Sequence record: NC_049391.1
Source of the DNA: Xuanwuvirus P884B11
DNA length: 37,100 bases
Direction: 5' to 3' (one strand)
The position numbers and the translations under genes are program-made. Positions within the stretch are counted from its first letter, which is position 1, and every line of letters begins with the position of its first letter. This document shows, in pieces, positions 10,190 to 19,793 of this stretch. The notes below the pieces were generated by a model. It worked only from the letters and a program-made list of their open reading frames with translations, did not search any database and had not been told where the DNA came from.

Positions 10190-11086
10190 ATGCCCGCCGT
10201 TGACCTTTCCCAGTTACCGGAACCCGCCATCATCGCGGAGCCTGACTTTGAAGCAATTCTGGCTGACACAAAGGCCATGATGATTGCGGCTTATCCCGCC
10301 GAACAGCGTGAAGCCGTTTCCGCCGCGCTGGAGCTGGAATCGGAACCCCTTAACGTTATCGCTCAAACCATGTCGTTTCGTGAAATGCTGTTACGCCAGC
10401 GGGTTAACGAGGGTGCACGCGCCTGCATGTTAAGCCACAGCGCCGGGACAGACCTGGACAACCTCGCGGGCAATATGAACACAAAGCGCCTGGTTATCAC
10501 TCCGGCAACGGATACCACCGACGCGGTGATGGAGAGCGACACCTCGCTGAGACTGCGGGCGCAGCGGGCGTACGACGGCCTGAGTGTTGCTGGCCCGTCA
10601 GGTGCATACGAGTATTTTGCCCGCAGCGCCAGCGGTCTGGTGCGTGATGCGCGGGCTATCAGTCCGTCTCCGGCAAATGTGACGGTTTCCATCCTGTCCA
10701 CTGAAGGCGACGGCACGGCAACGGAGGCGTTGCTTAATACCGTTCGCGCCGTTCTGAATGCAGAGGATACCCGCCCGGTGGCCGACCGCCTGACCGTACA
10801 GAGCGCCAGCATCGTGACATGGCGGCTGAATGCAAAACTGTACTTTTACCCCGGTCCGGAATCCGAACCTATTCTGGCCGCGGCGGAATCGTCATTCAGG
10901 AAGTGGCTGGCTGAACAGGGGCTTATCGGTCAGGACGTGGCGTTGTCCGCCATTGCTGCCGCACTTCATGTACACGGCGTGCAACGCGTGGAGATAATCG
11001 AACCCACACAGAATATGGCCATCAGCGACATACAGGCGGCGCGCTGTGAGTCATTCACCATCAGCGAAGGTGGGCGTAATGAGTAA
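10190..11086 (+). CDS. J: Baseplate assembly protein, P2 gpJ-like
   Basis: 298 aa following W; canonical V-W-J-I order. Confidence 0.8.
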   Translation: MPAVDLSQLPEPAIIAEPDFEAILADTKAMMIAAYPAEQREAVSAALELESEPLNVIAQTMSFREMLLRQRVNEGARACMLSHSAGTDLDNLAGNMNTKRLVITPATDTTDAVMESDTSLRLRAQRAYDGLSVAGPSGAYEYFARSASGLVRDARAISPSPANVTVSILSTEGDGTATEALLNTVRAVLNAEDTRPVADRLTVQSASIVTWRLNAKLYFYPGPESEPILAAAESSFRKWLAEQGLIGQDVALSAIAAALHVHGVQRVEIIEPTQNMAISDIQAARCESFTISEGGRNE

Positions 11087-11609
11087 TTCACTGTTACCGC
11101 CATCAGCCAGCAATTTCATGCGTTGTGCCGAAGCTGTCGGAACGCGCATTACAGACATCCCGGTAGACCTCAACACGCTGTGGTCGCCGGACACCTGCCC
11201 GGTGCACCTGCTGCCTTATCTCGCCTGGGCATTTTCCGTTGACCGCTGGGATCGCAACTGGCCGGAAGAGACAAAACGACAGGTGATTCGTGATGCATGG
11301 CTGATACACCGACACAAGGGAACCATCAGCGCACTGCGCCGGGCCATTGAGCCGCTGGGATACCTCATTCGTGTGTCTGAGTGGTGGGAGTTCGGCGGAG
11401 AACCGGGAACATTTACCGTTGAAGTGGGCACGCTGGACAGTGGCGTGACGGAGGAAATGTATCTGGAAATGGAGCGGTTGATTGCTGATGCCCGCCCGGT
11501 CAGCCGCGACATGACAGGGCTGAATATCATTCAGGAGATCCCTGGAGATATTTTCGCGGCGGCAGCAACTTACGACGGTGAAGTCATTACCATTTATCCG
11601 GACGATTAA
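11079..11609 (+). CDS. I: Baseplate/tail protein, P2 gpI-like
   Basis: About 176 aa from MSNSLLPP (track start 11046 is upstream and overlaps J); precedes tail fibre H. Confidence 0.8.
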   Translation: MSNSLLPPSASNFMRCAEAVGTRITDIPVDLNTLWSPDTCPVHLLPYLAWAFSVDRWDRNWPEETKRQVIRDAWLIHRHKGTISALRRAIEPLGYLIRVSEWWEFGGEPGTFTVEVGTLDSGVTEEMYLEMERLIADARPVSRDMTGLNIIQEIPGDIFAAAATYDGEVITIYPDD

Positions 11610-11611
11610 GC

Positions 11612-13762
11612 ATGAGTACCACAACACGAAAATTTAAAACCGTTATCACCGATACGGGTGCAAAAAAATTAGCGCAGGCAGCCGCGCCAGATGGTAAGCC
11701 TGTCCGCCTGACTCATATGGCCGTGGGCGACGGTGGCGGTACATTGCCCACACCTGACAGTAAGCAGACCCGTCTGGTGCATGAGGTGTGGCGACACGCT
11801 GTTAATCGCGTCATCCTGGACGCAACACATCAGAACCGCATTATTGCAGAGCTGGTTATTCCTCCAGAAACGGGCGGATTCTGGATCCGGGAAATTGGTG
11901 TATTTGATGAGCACGGCGATTTAATCGCGGTGGGCAATACTGCCGAAAGTTACAAGCCAGCCGTTGCCGAAGGGTCCGGTCGTGCACAAACATTTCGCAC
12001 CATTCTGACCGTATCCAGCACTGCCACCGTGGCGCTTACCGTGGATAACACCATGGTGATGGCCACAGTGGATTACGTGGATGACAAACTGAAAGAGCAT
12101 GAACAGTCACGACGTCACCCGGACGCCTCGCTGACCGCAAAAGGCTTTGTTCAACTCAGTAGCGCCACTAACAGCGTGTCTGAAACGCAGGCTGCAACGC
12201 CGAAAGCGGTTAAGGCCGCGTATGATCTTGCTAACGGTAAATATACTGCGCAGGATGCCAGCACGACGCGAAAAGGCCTTGTCCAGCTCAGTAGCGCCAC
12301 CAACAGCACGTCTGAAACGCAGGCTGCAACGCCGAAAGCAGTAAAGGCCGCGTATGATCTTGCTAACGCAAAATATACCGCTCAGGACGCCACGACAGCA
12401 CAAAAAGGGATTGTCCAGCTCAGTAGTGCCACCAACAGCACGTCTGAAACATTGGCCGCGACATCGAAAGCGGTTAAGGCGGTAATGGATGAAACAAATA
12501 AGAAAGCCCCATTAAACAGCCCGGCGCTGACCGGAACACCAACAACACCAACTGCGCGACAGGGAACGAATAATACCCAAATCGCAAGCACGGCTTTCGT
12601 TATGGCTGCGATTGCCGCCCTTGTAGATTCGTCACCTGATGCACTGAACACGCTGAACGAGCTGGCTGCGGCGTTGGGCAACGACCCGAATTTTGCGACC
12701 ACCATGACTAACGCGCTTGCGGGTAAGCAACCGAAAGATGCCACCCTGACGGCGCTGGCCGGGCTTGCTACTGCGGCAGACAGGTTTCCGTATTTTACGG
12801 GGAATGATGTCGCCAGCCTGGCAACTCTGACAAAAGTCGGGCGGGATATTCTTGCGAAATCGACCGTTGCCGCCGTTATCGAATACCTCGGTTTACAGGA
12901 AACGGTAAACAGGGCTGGTAACGCCGTGCAAAAAAATGGCGATACCTTGTCCGGTGGGCTTACTTTTGAAAATGACTCAATCCTTGCCTGGATTCGAAAT
13001 ACTGACTGGGCGAAGATTGGATTTAAAAATGATGCTGATGGTGACACTGATTCATACATGTGGTTTGAAACAGGCGACAACGGCAATGAATATTTCAAAT
13101 GGAGAAGCCGCCAGAGCACCACAACAAAAGACCTGATGACGCTGAAATGGGATGCACTAAATATTCTGGTAAATGCCGTCATTAATGGCAGTCTTGGAGT
13201 TGGTACGACGAATGCGTTAGGTGGTAGCTCTATTGTTCTTGGTGATAATGACACCGGATTCAAACAGAATGGTGATGGTATTCTGGATGTTTACGCTAAT
13301 AGTCAGCGAGTATTCCGCTTTCAGAATGGAGTTGCTATTGCTTTTAAAAACATTCAGGCAGGTGATAGTAAAAAGTTCTCGCTATCCAGCTCCAACACCT
13401 CCACAAAGAATGCAACGTTTAATTTATGGGGTGCTTCAACCCGTCCAGTAGTTGCAGAGTTAGGCGATGAGGCAGGATGGCATTTCTATAGCCAGCGAAA
13501 TACAGATAACTCGGTAATATTTTCTGTTAACGGTCAGATACAGCCCAGCAACTGGGGGAATTTTGATTCACGCTATGTAAAAGATGTTCGCCTGGGTACG
13601 CGAGTTGTTCAATTGATGGCGCGTGGTGGTCGTTATGAAAAAGCCGGACACGCAATTACCGGATTAAGAATCATTGGTGAAGTAGATGGCGATGATGAAG
13701 CCATCTTCAGACCAATACAAAAATACATCAATGGCACATGGTATAACGTCGCACAGGTGTAA
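11612..13762 (+). CDS. H: Tail fibre protein H (constant N-terminal part fused to currently expressed variable C-terminal tip)
   Basis: 716 aa; the crossover site lies in frame at codons about 422-430 (IEYLGLQE); C-terminus ends INGTWYNVAQV, mirrored by the inverted silent tip (INGTWYNAGSI). Confidence 0.85.
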   Translation: MSTTTRKFKTVITDTGAKKLAQAAAPDGKPVRLTHMAVGDGGGTLPTPDSKQTRLVHEVWRHAVNRVILDATHQNRIIAELVIPPETGGFWIREIGVFDEHGDLIAVGNTAESYKPAVAEGSGRAQTFRTILTVSSTATVALTVDNTMVMATVDYVDDKLKEHEQSRRHPDASLTAKGFVQLSSATNSVSETQAATPKAVKAAYDLANGKYTAQDASTTRKGLVQLSSATNSTSETQAATPKAVKAAYDLANAKYTAQDATTAQKGIVQLSSATNSTSETLAATSKAVKAVMDETNKKAPLNSPALTGTPTTPTARQGTNNTQIASTAFVMAAIAALVDSSPDALNTLNELAAALGNDPNFATTMTNALAGKQPKDATLTALAGLATAADRFPYFTGNDVASLATLTKVGRDILAKSTVAAVIEYLGLQETVNRAGNAVQKNGDTLSGGLTFENDSILAWIRNTDWAKIGFKNDADGDTDSYMWFETGDNGNEYFKWRSRQSTTTKDLMTLKWDALNILVNAVINGSLGVGTTNALGGSSIVLGDNDTGFKQNGDGILDVYANSQRVFRFQNGVAIAFKNIQAGDSKKFSLSSSNTSTKNATFNLWGASTRPVVAELGDEAGWHFYSQRNTDNSVIFSVNGQIQPSNWGNFDSRYVKDVRLGTRVVQLMARGGRYEKAGHAITGLRIIGEVDGDDEAIFRPIQKYINGTWYNVAQV
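12133..12490 (+). repeat. Three tandem ~126-bp (42-aa) repeats inside tail fibre gene H
   Basis: Near-identical units encoding G(F/L/I)VQLSSATNS(V/T)SET(Q/L)AAT(P/S)KAVKA...; visible as DNA repeats. Boundaries approximate. Confidence 0.8.
12876..12901. other. Invertase crossover site (gix/hix/cix-like), left, inside H
   Basis: TTATCGAATACC-TC-GGTTTACAGGAA; inverted repeat of the right site with complementary central dinucleotides (TC vs GA); matches the Gin/Hin-family site pattern of 12-bp half-sites around AAACC..GGTTT. Confidence 0.8.
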
Positions 13763-13765
13763 ATT

Positions 13766-14293
13766 ATGCAGCATTTAAAAAATATTAAGTCCGGAAATCC
13801 AAAAACAAAAGAACAATATCAGCTAACAAAGAATTTTGATGTTATCTGGTTATGGTCCGAAGACGGTAAAAACTGGTATGAGGAAGTAAATAACTTTCAG
13901 GACGACACCATAAAGATTGTATACGACGAAAATAATATTATTGTTGCCATAACCAAAGATGCCTCAACGCTTAATCCCGAAGGCTTTAGTGTCGTTGAGA
14001 TTCCAGATATAACAGCCAATCGTCGTGCCGATGATTCAGGGAAGTGGATGTTTAAGGACGGAACTGTGGTTAAGCGGATTTATACAGCAGACGAACAGCA
14101 ACAACAGGCCGAATCACAAAAGGTCGCGTTGCTTTCTGAAGCTGAAAGCGTTATTCAGCCACTGGAACGCGCTGTCAGGCTGAATATGGCGACGGATGAG
14201 GAACGCACACGACTGGAGTCATGGGAACGCTACAGCGTTCTGGTCAGCCGTGTGGATACAGCAAATCCCGAATGGCCACAAAAGCCTGAGTAA
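13766..14293 (+). CDS. G: Tail fibre assembly protein (chaperone), P2 gpG-like
   Basis: 175 aa directly after H; N-terminus [22 protein letters not shown] is shared with the inverted paralogue at 14322-14855. Confidence 0.85.
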   Translation: MQHLKNIKSGNPKTKEQYQLTKNFDVIWLWSEDGKNWYEEVNNFQDDTIKIVYDENNIIVAITKDASTLNPEGFSVVEIPDITANRRADDSGKWMFKDGTVVKRIYTADEQQQQAESQKVALLSEAESVIQPLERAVRLNMATDEERTRLESWERYSVLVSRVDTANPEWPQKPE

Positions 14294-14321
14294 AAATTAA
14301 GGCCCAATATCGAGCCTTCTC

Positions 14322-14855
14322 TCATTCTGGTTGTTCGGGAAACGTTACTGGCAGGCTGGAGGTGTCTGTAGATTCGACTTTCTGCGCATAGAGCATCCAC
14401 TCGGTTAATTTTTGTTTATTCTCGTCGGAAATGATGCCCAGCCGTAGCTGTGAGTCCCATAGCTGGGTTTTATCCCTGACAAGTTGCAACAGGCTTTGCT
14501 TTTCATTTTCCGCTTGTTGCCTCTGCTCTTCCTCGGTATAAGTTCGCTTTATCACTACGCCATCTTTGAACAACCATTTCCCCGAAATATCAGCCCGGCG
14601 ATTTGCTGTAATATCAGGTAATTCAACGACGCTTGCGCCTTCCGGATTAATTGCTGAAACATCCTTTTCAATACAAATAATAACGCCGTTATGGTCATAG
14701 ACCATTTTCAAAGTGTCTGGCTGGAAATTCTTTTGTTCCTCATACCAGTTTTTTCCATCATCTGAATAAAGCCATTTGATGTTAAATTGCTTTGTTAGCT
14801 GGTATTGCTCTTTTGTTTTAGGGTTGCCAGCAGTAATGTTTTTTAAGTGCATCAT
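14322..14855 (-). CDS. Alternative tail fibre assembly protein (G-prime) in the invertible segment
   Basis: 177 aa on the minus strand; N-terminal 40 aa nearly identical to G, C-terminus diverged; follows the alternative fibre tip. Confidence 0.8.
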   Translation of the reverse strand: MMHLKNITAGNPKTKEQYQLTKQFNIKWLYSDDGKNWYEEQKNFQPDTLKMVYDHNGVIICIEKDVSAINPEGASVVELPDITANRRADISGKWLFKDGVVIKRTYTEEEQRQQAENEKQSLLQLVRDKTQLWDSQLRLGIISDENKQKLTEWMLYAQKVESTDTSSLPVTFPEQPE

Positions 14856-14857
14856 CG

Positions 14858-15553
14858 TTAAATACTCCCCGCGTTATACCACGTCCCATTAATGCAATAC
14901 TGAATTGGCCTTGCCTGTGTTGTATCAATTAATTCATCACGGTTTCCGTTAACTGAACCCGTAACGACATAACCTGACCTGTCAGACCAGCCGGGACCAT
15001 TCCATGTCTGAACAGATGACAGACCGCCAAGGCGAATACCTGTAATAAACCTTGAGTTACATTCTGCCTGCGTATATGCACCAACATCTCCCGCTGAAGG
15101 TTTTCGTGTCGTGGTATAGAAATCTGACCAACCTAATTCAAACCCATAACCATCACGAGCCGACCTGTAGGAAATGCCACCATTTTTATAATTCACACGG
15201 AATTGTACGGCAGGACAGCTACCAGCATTTATATTAAAGTGAAGAATTAATGCAGATGCACCACTAATCAGGGCGTTATATGCACCACTATCCCAATTCC
15301 ATCCAACGGATGTATCACCATTAACAGTATTACCTGTTTGTCGGAGTGCAAATGCATTGACATTTTTGGCACTAATTGAAATATCGCTAGAACCATCAAA
15401 ACCAACTCCAGCAATTTTTCGTGCTGTTTTCAGCTTTGTTGCAGTAGCGGCATTGCCGGACAGTTCCCCAGAAAGGCCACCGCTGAATGTTTGTCGATTG
15501 GTCCAGGTATTCGCTGTACTGAGTAACGGTATTTTCTCCCCGCTTGTGCCGAG
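14858..15553 (-). CDS. Alternative tail fibre C-terminal segment (promoterless; becomes fused to H after inversion)
   Basis: Minus-strand frame is open from the right crossover site down to the stop at 14858, in the phase that continues H across the site; no start codon or RBS of its own at the 5-prime end. Confidence 0.75.
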   Translation of the reverse strand, partial: LGTSGEKIPLLSTANTWTNRQTFSGGLSGELSGNAATATKLKTARKIAGVGFDGSSDISISAKNVNAFALRQTGNTVNGDTSVGWNWDSGAYNALISGASALILHFNINAGSCPAVQFRVNYKNGGISYRSARDGYGFELGWSDFYTTTRKPSAGDVGAYTQAECNSRFITGIRLGGLSSVQTWNGPGWSDRSGYVVTGSVNGNRDELIDTTQARPIQYCINGTWYNAGSI

Positions 15554-15579
15554 TTCTCGTAAACCGAGGTTTTAAATAA
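15554..15579. other. Invertase crossover site (gix-like), right, adjacent to invertase gene
   Basis: TTCTCGTAAACC-GA-GGTTTTAAATAA, close to the Gin/Hin-family site consensus as I recall it; inverted relative to the site at 12876-12901. Confidence 0.8.
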
Positions 15580-15632
15580 TGGCCGTTTCTGGCCTGCATG
15601 GCATGATTTGCGCTTTTGGACGGGAGATTCAG

Positions 15633-16233
15633 TGTGCTGATTGGCTATGTAAGGGTATCAACAAATGACCAGAATACAGACCTGCAACGAAACGCTCTTG
15701 TTTGTGCAGGATGTGAACAAATATTTGAAGATAAATTAAGCGGGACAAAGACAGACCGACCGGGATTAAAACGCGCTTTAAAGCGCCTTCAAAAAGGTGA
15801 CACGCTGGTTGTCTGGAAACTGGATCGCCTCGGGCGAAGCATGAAACATCTGATTTCTCTCGTCGGGGAACTACGGGAGCGAGGGATTAATTTTCGCAGT
15901 CTGACCGACAGCATAGACACATCTTCTCCAATGGGGCGTTTTTTCTTCCACGTGATGGGTGCCCTAGCTGAAATGGAACGTGAATTAATTGTTGAACGTA
16001 CACTGGCCGGGCTGGCGGCAGCGCGCGCAAGGGGACGCACAGGCGGACGTCGACCGAAGCTGACAAAAGAACAGCATGAGCAAATAGCAAGGCTAATCAA
16101 AAACGGGCACGACAGAAAACAACTGGCAATAATTTACGGCATTGGCACATCGACGATTTATCGTTATCACCCTGTAGGCGATATACAGACTGAAGAAACA
16201 ACCGGGCAGACTCAGGAAAATGAAAACCGCTAA
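15633..16233 (+). CDS. Serine DNA invertase, Gin/Pin/Cin/Hin family
   Basis: GTG start with GGGAGA RBS (track offers TTG 15616); LIGYVRVSTNDQNTDLQRNAL catalytic N-terminus and C-terminal HTH, very close to Mu Gin / e14 Pin as I recall them. Confidence 0.9.
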
Positions 16234-16252
16234 TCTGACCATTAGCGGTTTT
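16223..16252. terminator. Bidirectional intrinsic terminator between invertase and U (convergent)
   Basis: Perfect 12-bp stem AAAACCGCTAAT / ATTAGCGGTTTT with 6-nt loop and T-run; overlaps the invertase stop codon. Confidence 0.6.
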
Positions 16253-16261
16253 TGTGTTAAA

Positions 16262-16756
16262 TCAGAACAGCCCTTTAACTGAACTGGCCGCGCTGTTAAG
16301 AGATGATGTCACCTTATCTTTGAAGCCGGACAGCATATCACTGAACGATGAGGATTGCAGGCGCTCCCGCAAATCCTCATCACAGCGTTCAAGAGTCAGT
16401 GAAAATTCTATCTTTTTCGCCTTACCGTAGCGATCAAACTCGGAGCGGGTCGTATTCGTTTCAGTCAGGACATACATGCCGTAAATCTGCCCGACGCCAT
16501 CAATCAAAGGCCAGGGTCGTCCTGTATACGCCTGCGTGGTCAGCAGCGACAGCGACACTTCGCCACCTGTAATTTCAGGATAAAGCACACCAGAAAGAAC
16601 GATGCGATCATCACCTGCACCGATATACTGCCAGCTTGCTGAACGGTTAACGCGTTCATTTTTCACATGCCGCCAGCTTTTGTTTTGCTGTAACTGCTGA
16701 TGCGGCAGCGTGCGCAGCTCAAAAACAAACATGCCGTAGATCATCATCATGGCCAT
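16262..16756 (-). CDS. U: Tail protein, P2 gpU-like
   Basis: 164 aa; follows the tape measure in transcription direction, as U follows T in P2. Confidence 0.8.
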   Translation of the reverse strand: MAMMMIYGMFVFELRTLPHQQLQQNKSWRHVKNERVNRSASWQYIGAGDDRIVLSGVLYPEITGGEVSLSLLTTQAYTGRPWPLIDGVGQIYGMYVLTETNTTRSEFDRYGKAKKIEFSLTLERCDEDLRERLQSSSFSDMLSGFKDKVTSSLNSAASSVKGLF

Positions 16757-16762
16757 GACTCC

Positions 16763-19606
16763 TCAATCTTTATCGTAAAAACTGCCACGCCCGGCACGGG
16801 CGCGCCGTTCCATTTCTGCCCTGACCATTTCACCGACCAGTTTCGCCAGTTCGCGGGGATTCTGCGTAACAACGTTATGCAGATGAACATGAATTTCACC
16901 ACCAAATCCGGAGGCAACAGGCTCCCGGTTACGGGAAGTTACAGGAACTGATGCCACTGGAGATCGTATAGCCTCCGCCACCGGGCGGGAGCTGGCCGCA
17001 ACAACAGGGACCAGCGCCGGAGGCAGCGGAGCCGGGACCACGGGTGTGATATTAATTGCGGGGGCAGGCTTACTGACCTGCGCAATCTTCCGCTCCTGCC
17101 ACTCCCCACGAACAGCAAGTGCTCGGGGCAGGTTTTTAAAGACAATATCGCCGGGGCCAATGCGTTTTTTCGTCTCCTCAACCAGCTTACCTGTGTTATC
17201 AGCAATTTTGCTGAGTCTGCGCAGCGTACCGGTATTGCTGTCTGTGAGCGGTTTATTGTCTTTGGGGTTATCACCTCCGGTGCCATTGCCATTTTCCACA
17301 GGCTTCGGCGGATTGATTTTCGCCAGGTCCCCCTGAAGCAAGGCAACCTTGTCCTGAAGAATGGCCGCACGCTGTGCGTCTTCGATTTTCTTGCGCGCCC
17401 TTTCCGCTTCATCCGGAAGCACACCAAGCTTTTCAAGTATCCACGCCAGCGTATCCAGCAACATTTTTGCAGGTGTCAGAACAAGTTGTAACGCACCGCC
17501 AAGAACGTTACCGAATATCTCGCCAGCACTGGTACATTTATCCAGAGTTTCCTTGCTGGACTCCATCGGTGACAGCAGCGATTTAAACCAGTTAAACACC
17601 TGGCTGATCCCACTCCCGATTGCGTCAAAAACAGGACCAAACCGTTCAAAGGTTTCGCGCAACGGGGTCAGCCTTTCCATAATCCCGCTGAACACCCCGG
17701 CAAAAAATGCCCTGATGGGATCCCAGTATTTCCAGATAAGAACGGCAGCTCCGGCAAGCGCAGCCACGATAAGACCAACCGGACTGAACAACGCCCCGAT
17801 AGCGCCTCCCAGTAAAGAAACGGAACCCGTCACCATTCCCCATAGTGCTGGCAGAACCCTGACAGCATTCATTGATCCGGTCAGGAGGGAAAAACCAAGA
17901 CGCAGTTTTGCCAGCGGGCCAGCAAGCACACCAATAGCCAGCGACAACGAGCCAACCGTTGCAGTCATTGCCAGCAGTGCACCGCCTGCAATCAGTAGCT
18001 GGCGCGTCAGTGCGGGATGGGCCTGCGCCAGCGCCGTCACCTTTGATACCACACGCGTGAGCCACTGCGTGACAGAACGCAGCGGACCGTCAATCAGATC
18101 TGCAATGCGGATGCGCAACCCTTCCCATGCACTGCTGAGTGATTTCAGATCGCCGTCAAGGTTGTTGGCCATAACCTTTGCCGTGCGTTCAGCCTCACCG
18201 CGCGCGCCTTCAAGTTCTTTTCTCAGTTTGGGTAAGGAGCCGTCACCTGCCGCATCAACGAGGGCCATAAATGATGTGAAAGCCTCTTCTCCGGCAATGT
18301 CCTTAAAGAACGATACCCGGTCAACTTCCCCGTATTTGCGGGTAGCTTTATAAAGGTCAGCCAGCACATCCTCCATCGGGCGCATTTTGCCCCCGGCATC
18401 CGAGACAGACACGCCAAGCTCTTTCAGCGCCTCTGCTGCCGCCTTTGGCGGTGATGCCAGACGAGCCAGGCTGGCACGCATTGCCGTACCAGCATCACTC
18501 CCCCTGATACCCATATTCGCCAGTACGCCCGCCATCGCTGCGGCCTGCTCCAGCGATATTCCCAGCTTACCCGCCACCGGACCTGCATATTTCATGGTTT
18601 CACCCAGTGCGCGAAGGTCAGTGTTGGTACGGGTAAACGCTGCGGTGAGTGTGTCGCCGACCCGGTCCATCTGGTCAGCAGAAAGACCGAACTGCGTCAG
18701 AATATTTGAGCCAATATCCGCCGTCTCACCGAGGTCCATACCGCCAGCCGTTGCCATGCTCAGTACGCCAGGGAGCGCAGCCTGAATGGCCTGTGGTGTA
18801 AAGCCAGCCATTGCAAGAAATGCCTGTCCACTGGCGGCATCGCCTGCGGTGAACTGCGTTTCAGAGCCAAGTTTTAACGCCTGCTCACGCAGCGCCTTAA
18901 ACTGCGGGCTGTTCTGGTCGATTCGCGTCAGTGCCTGAACGCGGGACATATCTTTGCCGAACCCGATCGCAGGCTGCAAAAAACGCCCGGCAGCATAGCC
19001 GCCCGCCGCTGCCGCACCAATTGCCAGCGCACCACCTGTTTTCAGTTTTCCCGCTGTTTCCTGCGCGCGCGAATACCGCTCACGCGCCCGTGTTACACGC
19101 GCAAGCGCCTGCCGTTCGCGTTCAAGCTGGTTGTTGTACTGTTCGGTGCGTCTGATGGCCTGCTGGATGGTGTTATCGCTGCCTGTCAGGGAAATGCCGT
19201 GGCGTTTCAGCTCTCCGCCAAGCTCCCGCATTTTCTGAATTTCCCGTGTGCGCGATTCATTCAGGCGTTCAAGCCGGGTGCTTAACTGCTGCATCAGCTT
19301 TTGTTGTTTTTCGCTGAGCACTGTACCCGTGCGTTGTAACTGATTAAGGGCGTTAAGCTGGCGTCGTGCTTTCACGATGCCCGCATCCGCTTTACTGACA
19401 GCGTCACGGGCGCGCTCAAATGATCGCGCCTGACGCTCGAGATTTTTGATCGCCCCCTGCGTTCGCTGGATGGAGTCACCAAACTGCCCCATCAGGCGGC
19501 GGGCGTTTTCGGCAGGCCGGGTCAGCCTGTCAACGGCGCTGAAAGCGACCCGGATATCAAGAGTCTTCATTGTCTGCATTCCCGCTACGAAGTGCCGCCC
19601 GCTCAC
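16763..19606 (-). CDS. T: Tail tape measure protein, P2 gpT-like
   Basis: 947 aa, Ala/Gly-rich with coiled-coil N-terminus and hydrophobic central segments; follows the E/E-prime chaperone pair. Start ambiguous (GTG 19606 or ATG 19579/19570). Confidence 0.85.
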   Translation of the reverse strand: MSGRHFVAGMQTMKTLDIRVAFSAVDRLTRPAENARRLMGQFGDSIQRTQGAIKNLERQARSFERARDAVSKADAGIVKARRQLNALNQLQRTGTVLSEKQQKLMQQLSTRLERLNESRTREIQKMRELGGELKRHGISLTGSDNTIQQAIRRTEQYNNQLERERQALARVTRARERYSRAQETAGKLKTGGALAIGAAAAGGYAAGRFLQPAIGFGKDMSRVQALTRIDQNSPQFKALREQALKLGSETQFTAGDAASGQAFLAMAGFTPQAIQAALPGVLSMATAGGMDLGETADIGSNILTQFGLSADQMDRVGDTLTAAFTRTNTDLRALGETMKYAGPVAGKLGISLEQAAAMAGVLANMGIRGSDAGTAMRASLARLASPPKAAAEALKELGVSVSDAGGKMRPMEDVLADLYKATRKYGEVDRVSFFKDIAGEEAFTSFMALVDAAGDGSLPKLRKELEGARGEAERTAKVMANNLDGDLKSLSSAWEGLRIRIADLIDGPLRSVTQWLTRVVSKVTALAQAHPALTRQLLIAGGALLAMTATVGSLSLAIGVLAGPLAKLRLGFSLLTGSMNAVRVLPALWGMVTGSVSLLGGAIGALFSPVGLIVAALAGAAVLIWKYWDPIRAFFAGVFSGIMERLTPLRETFERFGPVFDAIGSGISQVFNWFKSLLSPMESSKETLDKCTSAGEIFGNVLGGALQLVLTPAKMLLDTLAWILEKLGVLPDEAERARKKIEDAQRAAILQDKVALLQGDLAKINPPKPVENGNGTGGDNPKDNKPLTDSNTGTLRRLSKIADNTGKLVEETKKRIGPGDIVFKNLPRALAVRGEWQERKIAQVSKPAPAINITPVVPAPLPPALVPVVAASSRPVAEAIRSPVASVPVTSRNREPVASGFGGEIHVHLHNVVTQNPRELAKLVGEMVRAEMERRARAGRGSFYDKD

Positions 19607-19793
19607 GCCAGCTAACCACTTCGCCGGGCGTCATCATGAAGATTTCGGCGGGCGACCAGTTAAAAATGGCGGCAATATCCGCCACCAGATCTTCGATGTG
19701 CTCAAAGCACACCAGGGTGATTACGCTGCCGTCTCCTGCACGCTCTTCGCGCCAGAGTCTGGCTCGCTCATAAAATTTACAGCCACAGCGCAC
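19557..19793 (-). CDS. E-prime extension (made as an E+E-prime fusion by programmed -1 frameshift)
   Basis: Open -1 frame overlapping the 3-prime end of E and running into the T start; a run of seven A on the coding strand (plus-strand T7 at 19819-19825) sits just 5-prime of the overlap. Confidence 0.6.
   Translation of the reverse strand: MRCGCKFYERARLWREERAGDGSVITLVCFEHIEDLVADIAAIFNWSPAEIFMMTPGEVVSWRERAALRSGNADNEDS

Larger units (their letters stand above)
12876..15579. other. Invertible DNA segment (tail-fibre host-range switch, Mu G-segment-like)
   Basis: Bounded by the two inverted 26-bp sites; holds the expressed tip plus G on the plus strand and a promoterless alternative tip plus G-prime on the minus strand; invertase gene immediately outside. 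Confidence 0.8.

Noticed and set aside
12382-13263. 293-aa minus-strand ORF
   Set aside because: Antisense to tail fibre gene H, Ala/Ser/Val-rich low-complexity translation; spurious.
16223-16262. Invertase site for the FI-U block inversion
   Set aside because: The palindrome here is a terminator hairpin and does not resemble the AAACC..GGTTT crossover-site pattern; no matching site near 21848-22004.
17361-18353. 330-aa plus-strand ORF
   Set aside because: Antisense within the tape measure gene T; Ser/Ala/Pro-rich, no start context; spurious.
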